A stretch of 49,317 nucleotides of DNA, the filler included, from Cladosporium halotolerans (Eukaryota): NCBI RefSeq assembly GCF_011745625.1. It is 2 parts of 2 records of this genome, joined end to end, with 100 filler letters (N's around TTAATTAATTAA, not from the genome) between each part and the next. Parts side by side here need not be neighbours in the genome. Positions count along the whole stretch, not along the records: positions 24,782 to 49,317 come from NW_027191542.1; 1 more part is not named here. One strand, 5' to 3'. The first letter of the stretch is position 1. Each line of letters starts with the position of its first letter. The notes beneath the pieces were generated by a model. It did no database searches, had not been told where the DNA came from, and was given only the letters and a program-made list of their open reading frames with translations. This document shows positions 31,507 to 44,288 of this stretch, piece by piece. Made by a program: the position numbers and the translations under genes.

Positions 31507-34011
31507 ATGGCCTCCCTTCGCGCCACCAGAAGCCTCCAGAGGCTCGCCAGACTCCCAGCCCTCACACCCCGACCACACACCTCCCTCGCCGCGCAACGAT
31601 GCCTGTTGCGGACGCCTCAGACCCTCCAGCACACCCCTCGATACCTCCACACCACGCGCGCATTGTACCAGGCCGAAGAGGTCCACGCCTTCCACAGCCA
31701 GCTGGAGAATGCGCCTCCTGAGCTTCTCAACAGACCTGCCGTCTCCGCCACCCCTCAGACCCTCACAGAGAAGATCGTACAGCGCTATAGTCTCGGTCTG
31801 GCCGACGGCAAGGTTGTACGCTCTGGCGACTATGTCACACTCTCTCCGCACCACTGCATGACCCACGACAACTCCTGGCCCGTCGCGACCAAGTTCATGT
31901 CCATCGGCGCCGAGAACATCCACAACCCGAAGCAGATCGTAATGACCCTGGACCACGATGTGCAGAACAAGACCGAGAAGAACCTAAAGAAATACGCGCA
32001 GATCGAGGGTTTCGCCGAGAAGCAAGGTGTCGACTTCTACCCCGCGGGTCGGGGTATTGGACACCAGATCATGGTCGAAGAGGGCTACGCGTGGCCGGGA
32101 ACGTTGGCTGTCGCGAGTGACAGCCACACGAACATGTACGGCGGCGTTGGATGCTTGGGTACACCGGTGGTCAGGACTGACGCAGCGAGCATTTGGGCTA
32201 CGGGCAGGACTTGGTGGCAGATTCCTCCCATCGCCAAGGTCACCTTCACTGGCGTACTCCCCGAGGGCGTTACTGGAAAGGACGTGATCGTTGCGCTTTG
32301 CGGTCTGTTCAACAACGACGAAGTCCTCAACCACGCCATTGAGTTCACCGGAACCGAGGAGACCATGAAGACTCTCCCTGTTGACGACCGCCTGGCCATC
32401 GCCAACATGACCACCGAGTGGGGCGCTCTTAGCGGTCTTTTCCCCATCGATGATGTGCTGAAGGGCTGGCTGCGTTCGAAGGCTACCGAAGCCTCCGTCT
32501 ACAACACCCGTACGTCGGAGACCGCTAGCCCTACCAACTCGCGCTTCAACCATGAGCGCCTGGACGAGCTTTTGAGCAACCCACTTTCCGCCGACAAGAA
32601 CGCGACCTATGCGAAGGAGCTTTACCTCGACCTTGCCACCCTTACTCCCTACGTCTCCGGACCCAACAGCGTCAAGGTTGCCACGCCGCTTTCTGAGCTC
32701 GAGGAGCAAGACATCAAGGTCAACAAGGCCTACCTTGTTTCGTGCACCAACAGCAGGAGGAGCGATATTGCCGCGGCCGCCAAGGTCTTCAAGGATGCTG
32801 CAAAGGAGAATGGTGGCAAGATCCCGAAGATCGCTCCCGGCGTCAACTTTTACATTGCTGCTGCCTCGCTCCCTGAGCAGCAAGCCGCTATGGAGCAGGG
32901 TGACTGGCAAGCTCTTGTTGAGGCTGGCGCTCAGGAACTGCCCTCTGGCTGCGGTCCTTGCATCGGCCTCGGTACCGGACTTCTTGAGCCTGGCGAGGTC
33001 GGTATCTCCGCGTCGAACCGCAACTTCAAGGGTCGCATGGGCAGCACTGACGCCAAAGCGTACCTCTCCTCTCCCGAGGTTGTCGCCGCCAGCGCTCTGA
33101 AGGGTAAGATTGCTGGCCCCGGCAGCTACCAGAAGCCCGAGGGCTGGGAGGGTGTCATGCGTGGAGAGGGTGGCTACACCAGCTTCTCCATCGAGGATGC
33201 CTTGGACAAACTCATCAAGGATGCCGAGGCTGCCATCGCCCAAGGCGAGGAGGACCTTACCGGCTCCACTGCATCTGCTTCTGAGTCCGCGGATAGCAAG
33301 ACCGAGGGCGGGCTCACTGAGATCCTCCCCGGCTTTCCCGAGAAGGTCACCGGCGAGATCGTCTGGTGCAATGCTGACAACGTCAACACCGACGCCATCT
33401 ACCCCGGCAAGTACACTTACGATGACGCCTTCTCCGCCGACCCGGCCAAGATGTCTTCCGTGACAATGGAAAACTACGACACCGAATTCGCCAAGATCGC
33501 CCGCAAAGGCGACATCCTTGTGTCCGGCTTCAACTTCGGCTGTGGCAGCTCGCGCGAGCAAGCCGCCACCGCCATCCTGGCCAAGGGCATCCCGCTCGTC
33601 GTCTCTGGTTCCTTCGGCAACATCTTCTCCCGCAACAGCATCAACAACGCTCTTATGGGCGTCGAGGTCCCCAAGCTCATCGAGCGTCTGCGCGCCGAGT
33701 TCTCCCCCGAGGCCTCCCAATCCGCCACCGGCCAATCCGGCAAGGCCGCTATCACCGAGCCTGCCGAAAACAGCCAAAGCCTGGACTCGCCGCCTCCTGC
33801 TCCCGAGAGTAAGCCCAAGAACAATCTGACCGTTCGCACCGGCTGGACTTTCACTTGGGACGTGCGCCGCAGCCAAGTCATTATCAAGGAGGGCGAGAGC
33901 GGCGAGGAGTGGAAGCAGAGTGTCGGCGAGCTTCCGCCCAACGTCCAGGACATCATTGCTCAGGGCGGTCTAGAGAAGTGGGTTGGTAAGGAGCTGGGCA
34001 ACGCGAAATAG
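31507..34011 (+). CDS. LYS4: Mitochondrial homoaconitase
   Basis: Arg-rich presequence; [65 protein letters not shown]. Confidence 0.97.
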   Translation: MASLRATRSLQRLARLPALTPRPHTSLAAQRCLLRTPQTLQHTPRYLHTTRALYQAEEVHAFHSQLENAPPELLNRPAVSATPQTLTEKIVQRYSLGLADGKVVRSGDYVTLSPHHCMTHDNSWPVATKFMSIGAENIHNPKQIVMTLDHDVQNKTEKNLKKYAQIEGFAEKQGVDFYPAGRGIGHQIMVEEGYAWPGTLAVASDSHTNMYGGVGCLGTPVVRTDAASIWATGRTWWQIPPIAKVTFTGVLPEGVTGKDVIVALCGLFNNDEVLNHAIEFTGTEETMKTLPVDDRLAIANMTTEWGALSGLFPIDDVLKGWLRSKATEASVYNTRTSETASPTNSRFNHERLDELLSNPLSADKNATYAKELYLDLATLTPYVSGPNSVKVATPLSELEEQDIKVNKAYLVSCTNSRRSDIAAAAKVFKDAAKENGGKIPKIAPGVNFYIAAASLPEQQAAMEQGDWQALVEAGAQELPSGCGPCIGLGTGLLEPGEVGISASNRNFKGRMGSTDAKAYLSSPEVVAASALKGKIAGPGSYQKPEGWEGVMRGEGGYTSFSIEDALDKLIKDAEAAIAQGEEDLTGSTASASESADSKTEGGLTEILPGFPEKVTGEIVWCNADNVNTDAIYPGKYTYDDAFSADPAKMSSVTMENYDTEFAKIARKGDILVSGFNFGCGSSREQAATAILAKGIPLVVSGSFGNIFSRNSINNALMGVEVPKLIERLRAEFSPEASQSATGQSGKAAITEPAENSQSLDSPPPAPESKPKNNLTVRTGWTFTWDVRRSQVIIKEGESGEEWKQSVGELPPNVQDIIAQGGLEKWVGKELGNAK

Positions 34012-34678
34012 GCGACCTGAAGTCTCGGATGTGGATTATGGAACGGAGGCCCGTTACCAAATCGGATGAGAAGACGCGACTGATCATGCTTCAAGTTATG
34101 ACTTGAGAATGGAGAAGGTTAAGAGGGATTGAAATGGCTCATGCAACTGGTGCGGCTTGCTCCCTATTCGGCGGAAATCACCCGCCCAAAGAGCTTGATC
34201 ACTCTGCTCGCAGCTCGAGCCTAGTGGACCGCCGATCAGAGCATGAAGGCAAGAAGACTTTTCGTGCCCAATGCGCGCTGCAATGTGACGGTCAATTGAG
34301 CAGAGATGGATGGGATAGCATTGGCATAAATATACAAATGCGAAGCCACAGCGTGTAACAACATAACGTATAGGATACCCAGATTTCACAACAATCCTTG
34401 TTTGCTAGACCGCACATTCTCTGGCTTCAGCACTTGTGACTGTCGGGAAATCATGTTCGATCCGACGGCTGTTGTGACAAATGCGGTGATGCGAACCCAG
34501 TCATGTGAAGCATCAGCAGCATGATCTCATACGGACAGTCAGCTGAATCCCCCGCTGTTGCCTGGGACTCATAACAGCTCAAGAATCGTGACTCAAATCC
34601 AATGAATTGTCAAGATATGTAATAGCAGAAATTGCCGGCCTGCCGGCTGTTGGTGCAATCCCCTCAAAATCACCTTCA

Positions 34679-35446
34679 ATGTCAGAGCCCACAACATCTG
34701 CGCCGGCTGCACCGCGGACTTCCCAGCGCCAAAAGTCACCATCACGCGCACATAGGTCCAAAGATTCGGCCCAGACTTTCACATGGATCGAAGATCGTCT
34801 ATCAGAGATCTACGCAGGCACAAGAGACTCCGCGCAACCGGTGGAGCTCGCCCCTAAAGACTATCTCGCAATCTACAACGCAGTCCACAGCTTCTGCGTC
34901 GCCACCAAGTGCTTAGATGGACGCAAGAATAGCGGACAGGTTCCAAACGCAGAGAGTCTCTACCGCTGCCTCGAACGAGAGGCCAAACGATACTGCATCG
35001 AGACTCGAGCCGTCATTCTGGCTTCGGCATGTGAGAATGATAATAACCACTCTGCTCGCGGCTTAGTACAAGAATATTCGGCCCAGTGGAGCAAGTACGC
35101 GCGCCTGGCGACTCTCGTGGCTAATTTGATGCGCTTCCAAGACCGCCACTGGATAAAGCGCACCGTCGACGAGGGCAAGATCAAGGACGTCCATTCCATT
35201 CAAGATCTCCACAAGATTGCATGGAAAGAGGAGGTGCTGCGGATCAGTGCCAGTGAGACTGATGTTGCTAATGGGGCCGGCGAGATCGTCAAAGCCGTTA
35301 AGACACTGTGCGAGCGCGTTGATTCAGGAGACGAAAGTGATAGAGAGCTGCTAGAGGTGGTAACAAGCAGTTGGGCCTCACTGGCACTGAGCATGGAGCT
35401 CCAGTCTCGCCTACTGTTGGGGGCTGGAGAAGGGGAGAACGTCTGA
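34679..35446 (+). CDS. Stand-alone cullin N-terminal repeat protein (Cul1-like, ~255 aa)
   Basis: YLAIYNAVHSFC, ESLYRCL, EYSAQWSKY, LMRFQDRHWIKR..DEG and AWKEEV match the first cullin repeat. Clean stop; no cullin-homology or Nedd8 domain follows. Confidence 0.8.
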   Translation: MSEPTTSAPAAPRTSQRQKSPSRAHRSKDSAQTFTWIEDRLSEIYAGTRDSAQPVELAPKDYLAIYNAVHSFCVATKCLDGRKNSGQVPNAESLYRCLEREAKRYCIETRAVILASACENDNNHSARGLVQEYSAQWSKYARLATLVANLMRFQDRHWIKRTVDEGKIKDVHSIQDLHKIAWKEEVLRISASETDVANGAGEIVKAVKTLCERVDSGDESDRELLEVVTSSWASLALSMELQSRLLLGAGEGENV

Positions 35447-35481
35447 AGGGTCCTGGCAATAACTTTCAGAGTATAGATATA

Positions 35482-37056
35482 TCAACTGCGCTCTCTGCCT
35501 TCCTCGTGAAAGACTTCTCTATGCTCCGCAATACCTCTCCCAAGCCTGCTGAATGGCGCAAACAACAGCATCGTCCCCCAAGAAGCCGCAACATAGAACG
35601 CGATCGCAAGCAAAGCAAACTGCCAATTTTGACCTCGCAGAATTCCGATTGAGATCACGTCCAAAAACAGAATGAGGACTGTGCCAAACAGCAATGTGAG
35701 GTGCAGGAGAATGACAAGGACCGTCAACAGTCGCGAGGAGAGCAGGACGTCGGATAAGCTCCTTTGAGCGTCCGCTCCGATCTCGTGCAGCGTTTGCCTC
35801 CGCTCTGTCCGACCAAGAATTTCGATCAAGACTTTTAGGCGTTCTGACGCCGCAGTCCTTGCCTCTGTCGTCGGGCCTTTAGACTCCCCTGGTTGAGATC
35901 GCACTTGAGGCTCGTCCCTCGCGTCGGTTCGATTCTCTCCCAGCGCGTCTCCGTTAGCTTGTGCATTCGCGTTCATGCGCCGCCCCGTATACAGATGCTC
36001 TGAAATAGCACCCAGCGGCTGAATTAGAAGGACCAGCGGCACAAGCTGGCCGAAGCCCCACTCGTCTTCCTGAGAAGCAATCTGCTCATAGTTCTGATTA
36101 CGCGGAACCACCACTTGCACGGTACCGAAGACGAGGCCAAGGACCGAGATCCAGAGCGAAGCCGAGAACGAAGCCAGAAGCTCCAGAAAAGCGATCAAAG
36201 GCACAGTCGGCACGAGCAACATCCTAAATTGCCAGAGCCACCGCCTCCGGCGAGTCTGAACGTACCGCCTCGCAGGCTTTGACAGCGCGGAGGCGATCAT
36301 TCTCTCCAGCGGTCGGCGAACGCCCGATCCATACAAACTGCGCGTGAAAGCGAACAAGTCCCCGACTTTCCACAGGTAGCTCACGACCAGTAGAATGTAG
36401 CCGATTGGCGCATCGTTGTTGACGCCATCGCCGTACGCTTTGCCCCAGAAACACACGGCGGGCATGCCCCAGCCAGTGGGCTGGTCTTTGCCGACGGAAA
36501 TGCTACCGGTGCCTGAATAGCTCACGATTCCCCAGTCGTAGCTGACAGTGGGCACCAGGCCGATGACAAGCATGAGGAAGAGTACGAGCATGCCGGTGAG
36601 ACGCCACGCTTTGACGCCTGGATGTGCGTTCAAGTAAGGCCGGAGAAGCGTCAGAGCCGAGAGATGAACGGAGCTAGACAGCCAGGCCAGGTAGAGTACG
36701 ATCTGGTAGTGGTAGACACTAATGTCGCCCTTGTGGAGGCCGACGAAGCCTGCGATCATGATGGCGATACCGGTGACGATTTGCTGATCGCTGAAAGCGA
36801 GGACGGTCTGTCGCAAGACGCGATGTATCCTGGGGTGCTTTTCGACGCGAGACCTGATGCGCATGATCCTGGAGTCCACGGAAGCCAGCAGCTCTGGCTC
36901 GACCATGCCGGAAATATATGCGCCGAGAACTGCCGTGAAAGAAACATAGGCGCTGATCAGGAATGCCAGCATGACGCCGATGCCAGAGATGTCGGGATTG
37001 GGCTTGATGATGGAGCCGGCATGGAGGAGGCTCCTGCACTCCTCGTCTGTCACCAT
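35482..37056 (-). CDS. Multi-pass membrane protein of an uncharacterised fungal family
   Basis: PNPDISGIGV, SDQQIVTGIAI, YHYQIVLYLAWLSSSVHL, WGFGQLVPLVLL; multiple hydrophobic segments. ATG at 37056. Confidence 0.85.
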   Translation of the reverse strand: MVTDEECRSLLHAGSIIKPNPDISGIGVMLAFLISAYVSFTAVLGAYISGMVEPELLASVDSRIMRIRSRVEKHPRIHRVLRQTVLAFSDQQIVTGIAIMIAGFVGLHKGDISVYHYQIVLYLAWLSSSVHLSALTLLRPYLNAHPGVKAWRLTGMLVLFLMLVIGLVPTVSYDWGIVSYSGTGSISVGKDQPTGWGMPAVCFWGKAYGDGVNNDAPIGYILLVVSYLWKVGDLFAFTRSLYGSGVRRPLERMIASALSKPARRYVQTRRRRWLWQFRMLLVPTVPLIAFLELLASFSASLWISVLGLVFGTVQVVVPRNQNYEQIASQEDEWGFGQLVPLVLLIQPLGAISEHLYTGRRMNANAQANGDALGENRTDARDEPQVRSQPGESKGPTTEARTAASERLKVLIEILGRTERRQTLHEIGADAQRSLSDVLLSSRLLTVLVILLHLTLLFGTVLILFLDVISIGILRGQNWQFALLAIAFYVAASWGTMLLFAPFSRLGRGIAEHREVFHEEGRERS

Positions 37057-37567
37057 GGTGGCGGCAGCCGTTGACAGGGCTCTCCAATGCACTTTGCGAA
37101 AGCTGACTTGCGGTTGACGCAGGCGCACAGGTGGCGAAACATATATGCCATGGCTTGCAAGTCAGGCGGGTGAGCGGGAATCGCAGCTGGATGTAGAAAG
37201 TCAGATAGAGCTCTCGATCGCGGCGTGTGGCGCCACTGCGACAAATGCGCTTTGGTGTAAACCTTGTTGTGAGACACACTGATTGGGGCGCGCAAAACGA
37301 GGAGGAATCTGTGGGGTAAGAGTTTTTGACTGTAGCGGGCATGGAAAAACGATACTGAGAAATCTTGAGGCGGCGTTTGAGGATGACCAATGCTCGATTG
37401 CAGCTTTTCTAAGTGTATATCCTTTTGTAAATGGAGCCCTCCTCCCTGACCATTCGCCGGTGTCGTACTTCTCACCCTTTTTCATGGCCACCGCTTCTCT
37501 GCGTTCAATCGCGAAAAATGTCGTAAACTTTCTCTTCAATCACGGACCTCCCACTTGGGCACATCAT

Positions 37568-38880
37568 CTAAGACTGAGCGGCGAAGCCAAGACGAGGGCT
37601 GCTCTGAGTCTGGTCGAAGATGGCGTAGACGGACTTGAGGAAGATGTCGCCGAAGATAGAAAGGCCACCAAGACCCTCGTTGGACTGGATGCCGCCGAAG
37701 CAGTAGGTTCCAGAGACAGGTGCGAAGTTGATGTAAGAGCCGGGAATAGTGAAGACCTTGCCACCAATGTTGACGTTGAAGTTCGGGAGCTTGGCAGAGC
37801 AGGGGAAGATGTAGCCACCCTGGGAGTTGCTGTAGGAAGCGCCGGAGACCTGACGGTAGTATGCGGTGACGGGAGCATCCGGGATGAGAAGGAGAGTGGT
37901 GCCAGTGTCGGCAATAGCCTTGCCAATGCTGCCAGAGGTGGAGGTGGAGCTTCCAGTGCTGTAGCCGCCGGCGTTGAACTGCCAGAAGCCTTGGCTGGAG
38001 TCCACCGAGACATAGGTGATGGCGCCGGTGTACTTGGAGCTGTCAATGTAGCCGAAGTCGTAAGTACCAGCGGTTCCCTTCTTCAGGTCGACAGCGAACA
38101 GAGGCTTAGCAAGAGAGCTCTTGACAGTGTCGAAGAAGGTCGTCTGCTGTTGCGGCTCAACAGTGTTGATGCTGCTGAATGCCAGGCCGAGAAGGCCGTC
38201 GGTATCCGTGTTCTGGGTGAAGGAGGAAGAGACCGAAGTTGCAGCTTCGACTGCCTGCGAGGTGGCAGTGACGGGTCCAACGACGACCTTGTCGGCGTAG
38301 ACATCGCCACTGGCGCCGGAGCCATCAGCGTAACCGATCTCCCAGGTCTCTCCGGACAGCTTCCTTCCAGAAGTCGAAGGGTTGTACTTGGAGTGACCAG
38401 TGGATTCGCTGGAAGGTGTCTCGGTAGAGAAGACCCAGCTAGTGAAGGGTTAGTGGCTGAGGGGATTGGAAGACATTGTTGACATACAGATCAGAGCTGC
38501 CAGTGTCGAAGTCAAGGTAGAGAGTCTGGCCACCGACAGAGACGGGAGACAGGTAGGCGGCGTCGTACTTTGCTATCGTTAGCTTTGATGATGCCACAGA
38601 GCGAGTACGTCCGTCGAATACGTACCTGTTGCGGGTTGGCAGACACGGATCCCGACTGAACGGCGGCGGCGGCAGCAGCCTTCACATCAGCGGGAGCGAC
38701 AGCACCAAGGCGAGCGTATTTGCCGTAGGCATGGTCAAGCGACAGAGGACCAGAGAGGTAGTTCTGTCCGGCTTGAACTTGTTGCAGCTGGAAGGTCTTC
38801 TTGTTGATGTCGGCAGCAGGCGCGGCGATCGAAAGACCGGCGGAGGCCACCAGAAGGGAGGCGGCAATCTGGTGATGCAT
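37568..38880 (-). CDS. Secreted aspartic endopeptidase (aspergillopepsin/penicillopepsin-like); exons 38626-38880, 38488-38567, 37568-38438
   Basis: Signal and propeptide; catalytic [12 protein letters not shown] and [25 protein letters not shown]. Two GT-AG introns with CTAAC branch sites. TATATAA near 38972-38978. Confidence 0.95.
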
Positions 38881-41182
38881 CTTGAAGGCTCGTGCGATGG
38901 AAGCGTGAGAAGCGAGAGGCTGTAGAGCGAGTGTGTTGGATGATTGCCACAATTGTTGTCGAGGACGGTCCTTATATAGGCAAAGGAGACACGCTCACTT
39001 GGCCATTGCGAGCTTGACCTTCTGACTTGAGCCAAGCGCGGCGAGGATGGTGTGAGAGGACCACCTGCGCATCTCCTGCATGGCGCCTTGATAGCGTTGT
39101 TACCTTGGTATTGACACCTTCCAGATGCAGAGGGTTCCGGTATTGCGACAGTGCGCCTCCGCAGGCGATGACGAGCCCTACATCCGGGAAGATTGTATAC
39201 ACGAGGCTTCCAAAGGTGGTGCAAGGTTAAGACCACCGGCGGTCGTGTGATTTCAAAGTGTTTAGCGTACACTGATAGGCCGTGCTAGTCGAAGTCGTTG
39301 TTGATAGCGCAATAGACCACCTGCCCAATGAGAATGGAAGTGGACTTGAAGACAGGGACGGCAGATTCAAGCACATCCTATTGAGGCGACATCCGGTATG
39401 TGAATGGCCCGCAGTCTAATGATCGGACACGGCACGCTGCAAAGCCGGCGGGGTCGTGAGTGGCATTGTCTCCGATAGCAGAAGGAGCCGGACAAGCTCT
39501 GCCAAGTGCGTCGGGAGATTAACCTTGCCATGCTTGAGATGCTTGGGATGCTTCAGCGAGCCTCGGCAGGATCATTTGACGTGAGTGGTAGACGCAGGAT
39601 GCAGGATTGTTAGCGCGATGCGGCTAAAGTAGGTACGGACGCATGGGGCGCGGCGCCTCCCTCGTTAAGGCAGGTGGTGATGGAGAACTGAGCTTCACGG
39701 GCGCGTTGATGCAGCAAATGTCCGAGCGGTCTCCGCGCGAGGATGCGGAGTGGCAAGCAGCAGAAGTCGCTCGAGAAAACGCGAAATCGAATCGCACAAC
39801 CGCGCGGCGGAGCTGCTGCAAAAGAAGTCATCCTGCGATGCGCGTTCCCTCGCCGCGGGGTGTTGGATGTCGAGGGCGGACGATCGTCCTGTGTGTAGGT
39901 GGGCGTGTCTAGAACGGATGATCACTCGCTTGAAGCAACTGTAGCGTCGCTGCGGGCAGATAGATCGACAAGGCTGCTGGATGCAAAGCAGGGCACCTAC
40001 TGGTAGTGCCGGGAGAGCAGCAACAAGGCGATAGCGCGATGCCAATTAGCTGGACGGACCAATGCGATGAGGGCCATGCCGACCTCCCGCCACGCCTTGG
40101 AATGCAGCGGTTATCGTGCCTCCAGGATTGGCAGGAGTCGCTTGCGATGGTGCGAACTACCAAAGTAGCATCTTTCGTGCAGGCGTGCAGACGTTCGCGC
40201 GTTGTTGCCGCTGCGCCGGCGGATACTGCCTGTGCGCGCATCAACGATACTATCAGCTCTGGTATAGGTGGGCTCCAGGCTTCACGCGCTCGCCATTTCC
40301 CGTGAGGAAGCTGGTCCGCTCAGGTGGAGCCGCACGGAAGAAGTGGTGCGGACATGGCGGTCGGTGCACCCTTCTGCACGCCTGAAGTCGGGCCTTCAAG
40401 CACAAAGCACGTCATGATGTTGGATGTTGCCTCCCATCCGACGGCGAGGGCTGTCTTCGTCTTGCAGAGCTTCGCCGACAACAACTGCCAGAGCGCCAAT
40501 AACTCGCGTCCTTGCGGAAGCGCGATCTGTCACGTGCTCGGCCGCTTCCCGAGCCTCAGGCACCACGAGCATCACAGCATCGTTGACTCTCCCAGCAACA
40601 GTCTCAATCTGTCAATCGACTTTTGAATATCTGGCAATGTTTGATAATGAACTTGCTTGCTTTGCCTGGAGCCTGTTGGCGCTTAGACTTATATCTCGAG
40701 ACTGGTCTGAAGACTTGTCTGGGACAATTGGTACAGCCGGGTGCGACGGATGGCCTACCGCAACGGTCGAAGCTGCAGACTGCACGTCCAGCGACTGATG
40801 ACTAAGAAGTTCGCGTGTTCGAGCTTTGCATCGTGTACAACTCCCATTTCGAGCTTCGACAGTCTCATCTTCCACAAAAAAGGTGTCGTTCCACCATTCC
40901 CAATCCTTGCGGACAGCCGAAACCAAGCGAAGGATTCAGTCTCGGGCCTCTAGCGGACTTCCTGCATCATACATACTTTCCGCCTGGACTTTTGTTAAAG
41001 GCCCGTCACTCGCCTACTGCTACGCTTGCTACAAAGCATAGCGGGATCGCCAGAAGAACGGGGCTTAGCTTCAAGCCGAACGTCGCCTTGTGGCAGAGGG
41101 ACCGCTGCGCCTCATACGTGAACGACCATTGATCTCTCGCCTGAAGGCAGACCGCCGCAAGGTGGGCTTGCCGCCCGACATC

Positions 41183-41938
41183 ATGTCCCATCGGGCGTCT
41201 GCTTCTCCGACTCCTCCGCAGCCAGAATCAGCTCCGAGGACTTGTCGCATTTGCTTCGAGACGGAAAATCCAACCACTGATCCGGGCACCGGCCAACCTA
41301 GCTACGGGACGCCTAGCAACGAGTGCGGCGGTTTGCTGCATCCATGCAAATGCTCCGGAAGCCAGAAATACGTCCATGAACTCTGTCTTTCATCTCTCCG
41401 GAATCGTGACCCACTGCAGCACACGTACTCCAGATGTCCAACTTGCGGTCACCACTACGAGCTCAAAACCTCGGCATTCGGAGACTTCCTCGCACACTCG
41501 ATGACCCACGCTTGCGCGACGACGGTGTTCACTTGCCTAGCAATCTTTCTCTCGGGATACATCGCGATTCCCTTGCTTTCGATCACGATGTCCTACCGTG
41601 AAACACTGGAGTACGGCATTCGCCTGATCCCATGGTATACCTCATCTCGCGGCTGGCTTGATCACTTTGCCCAAGGGACATGTCTGATGGGTGTTTCCGG
41701 GATCCTCATGACGGCGTTCGATATTGCAAAGTTGATGTGGACGGGCACATGGGTTTTGCCCGTTACTTTTATATTCCTCATGGGTTTCGCGCCAGGACTG
41801 GGAATGTGGGGCCAAATTGCCGCGGGAGTTATGAGGATGATGTATGAGTCCTGGTGTGTGATCAGGAGCTATTTTAGGCGCTACGTTGAGGGTGCAGGAG
41901 GGCGCGTGTTGGATTTTGATGAGCATTCTAATCAATAG
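41183..41938 (+). CDS. RING-CH (MARCH-type) membrane E3 ubiquitin ligase
   Basis: CRIC...PCKCSGSQKYVHELCL...CPTC (C4HC3), followed by hydrophobic helices. Confidence 0.88.
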   Translation: MSHRASASPTPPQPESAPRTCRICFETENPTTDPGTGQPSYGTPSNECGGLLHPCKCSGSQKYVHELCLSSLRNRDPLQHTYSRCPTCGHHYELKTSAFGDFLAHSMTHACATTVFTCLAIFLSGYIAIPLLSITMSYRETLEYGIRLIPWYTSSRGWLDHFAQGTCLMGVSGILMTAFDIAKLMWTGTWVLPVTFIFLMGFAPGLGMWGQIAAGVMRMMYESWCVIRSYFRRYVEGAGGRVLDFDEHSNQ

Positions 41939-42582
41939 GGCGGTCTCAGGGTTTTCGCCACAGACTCTGATCTGGTATCGGAGCCACGATAGCCAGAGTG
42001 CATAGCTGAAACACTCATGAACGCGGTGATGTCTCCTCAGTCGCAGCAACTTGCTATTGTGATGGCTCAGTCCCCGCGAAACCGTGCAGCTTATCGCTGC
42101 GACAGCCTCGACGATGCTTCGGAAACATAATACGGGATACGCCCAACCCGAGAAATCTCACAGCAGAGAACTTGATGAACTGCTTCGACCAGATCGGTGC
42201 TGTCATGTTGCCTTTGCGATCTTCGCTTGAGGAGATAGATGCGCGGGCTTCATGTACAAAGAAAGGTCAGGATTACGCTGCGTGGGGGCTTAATTCAGCT
42301 TACCTGGTTGATGGCCAAGAGCACAAAGACCTGGGATTTGCCTGTGAACAAGTCTAGAGTCGGGAACTGTAAGGAAACATGACCACTTTCATATCGGGCA
42401 TCATCCTGTGGACAATCGATTTCCGTGTTGATCGGTAACGGTTTTACGTCATTTACATGACTAGAATCGATCCTTTTAGATCAGGATTGAGACTGAATAA
42501 TAGTGAATAATATGTTGCAGTGTACAAGTTCCAAGACAAGGGCTCCATTGATTGGTAGCGACGGCTTTTGCATTCAATGTAC

Positions 42583-44288
42583 TCAAAGCAGCTCACTGCT
42601 CAGATCTGAGGGACCCTCGTACGATCTGCGCTGGAACACATAGAAGTAAGCAGCCCCAACAGCAATCCATCCAGCCATCACAACAGACGAGTAGTTCATG
42701 TTCTGTGGCGTGACCGGCTGATAAGACGGGAACATGCTGAAGAGCATAGCCAACACACCCCAAGCAAGAGCGATAACATTGACAGCAACTCCCCATTTCC
42801 CCAGTCTGAATGGTCCAAACCGCAGAGTGCGGTGAGGGCTAGGTGCGCGCCCGTAGATGAGCATGAAAGCAATCGGAACCACATAGCTCGCATACATGCC
42901 CAGGATGGACATAGAGAGAATGGCGTTGAAAGCTGTCGTGTTCCCGACGTAGATTAGGCCAATGAGGCCCTGAACGACTGTGAGCAAGACGCACATCCGC
43001 ACGGGTACTTGTCTTTCCGAATGCAGGTGAGCGAAGTATTTGCTAAAAGGCATGGCGCCGTCACGGGCAAAGGCCCAAGCCGTGCGGCTGGTCGAGATGA
43101 GCCCTGCAAAAGCACCTCCCACGGCAGTGAGAGAGATGATGAGTGCTAGGACCGTTGCACCGGCTCTGCTTCGTGTGGAGTTGAGGAATAATTGCATGAA
43201 CGGGAAGCCTGTTGTCGATTCGAGGAGGCTGTCCAAGTCGCCGAGACAAAAGAGCAGCACGATACAGTAGATAAAGCCAAGCAAGCCGTTGACTGCAATC
43301 GAGCCTATCATAGCAATCGGGACGTTTCGTGCAGGATTGTGAAGCTCTTCTGCCAAATGAGCGGCGGCATCGTATCTGGTAGAGTTAGACCATTCGATAG
43401 CATGTAAATCATGGGGATCAGCTAACCCTAGGAATGGATACACTGTCGATAGTAAGCCCACCAGCCAAGCGATTCCGTCTGACTGCCATCCGCTTGAGTT
43501 TGACACCTCTGTGAAAACATATGCAGCGCTGTGCTTAGTCTCGGTCGTGGCGCCGATCACCGTAATGACAACCACAAAGCCGACGACGTGCAAAACGCCT
43601 GCCGCTATGTTCGCATGCGATAAGAATCGCGAGCCCCACACATTGATGACAAGAACGTAGCCGAGTACGAGCCAGTAGAATAACACGCCTTGCCAGCGCT
43701 GAGGAACGAAGTCGGGATTGTTCAGGTTTACAAGTCCCAAAAGCTGCAGGCCGGCAGCAAATGCAGCGGATGCGGTGAGGACGATCTGGCCACCGATAGA
43801 GATCCAACCTGTGAACCAAGATGCTGTGGCTCGTGACGAGCGAGGCGCAAGACACGCTACCCAATGATACTGGCCTGTTACAAACGTTAATGTCATGAAA
43901 TTCGTTGCCAGCCGATTCGGTTGAGACTCGCCTCCTGCCGTTGGATAGATCGACGCAATCTCAGCCATCGAGCAAGCTAATGCCATTGTACCAAGGAAGG
44001 AGATAATGCTGTATGCCAGTGATTAGTTTTGCAATCTTGACTATCTGCTGAAGATCGTGCTCACTAGTTGTAGAACAGACAAGGGGCGCCGCCGCTGATC
44101 AACGCCTGGGCGACAACGCTTGTGAGGGCCTCCCAAGTCGCCATGAGACAAGCAAGTAATGCGCCGAGCGACCATACTGAAAACTTGCGTGGCAGCTCTT
44201 GCATGTTGCCGATTTCTGCTGATGATACCGTTGCTTTCGAGTCGTCATCGCCCTTCTTCGTAATAGAGGAGCTTTCAATCAGCTCCAT
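42583..44288 (-). CDS. APC-superfamily amino acid/amine (choline/GABA-type) permease; introns 44009-44064, 43875-43931 (GC-AG), 43376-43426
   Basis: LACSMAEIASIYPTAGGQYHWV after splicing; GYDAAAHLAEE, SRTAWAFARDGAMPFS, MNYSSVV. About 12 TM segments. Confidence 0.92.

Noticed and set aside
31984..33876. 630-aa antisense ORF
   Set aside because: Shadow of LYS4 caused by strong third-position C/G codon bias.
37283..38482. 399-aa plus-strand ORF
   Set aside because: Antisense shadow of the aspartic protease exon 3.
39610..40950. Numerous short overlapping ORFs
   Set aside because: No recognisable motifs or consistent coding frame; expected by chance in GC-rich DNA.
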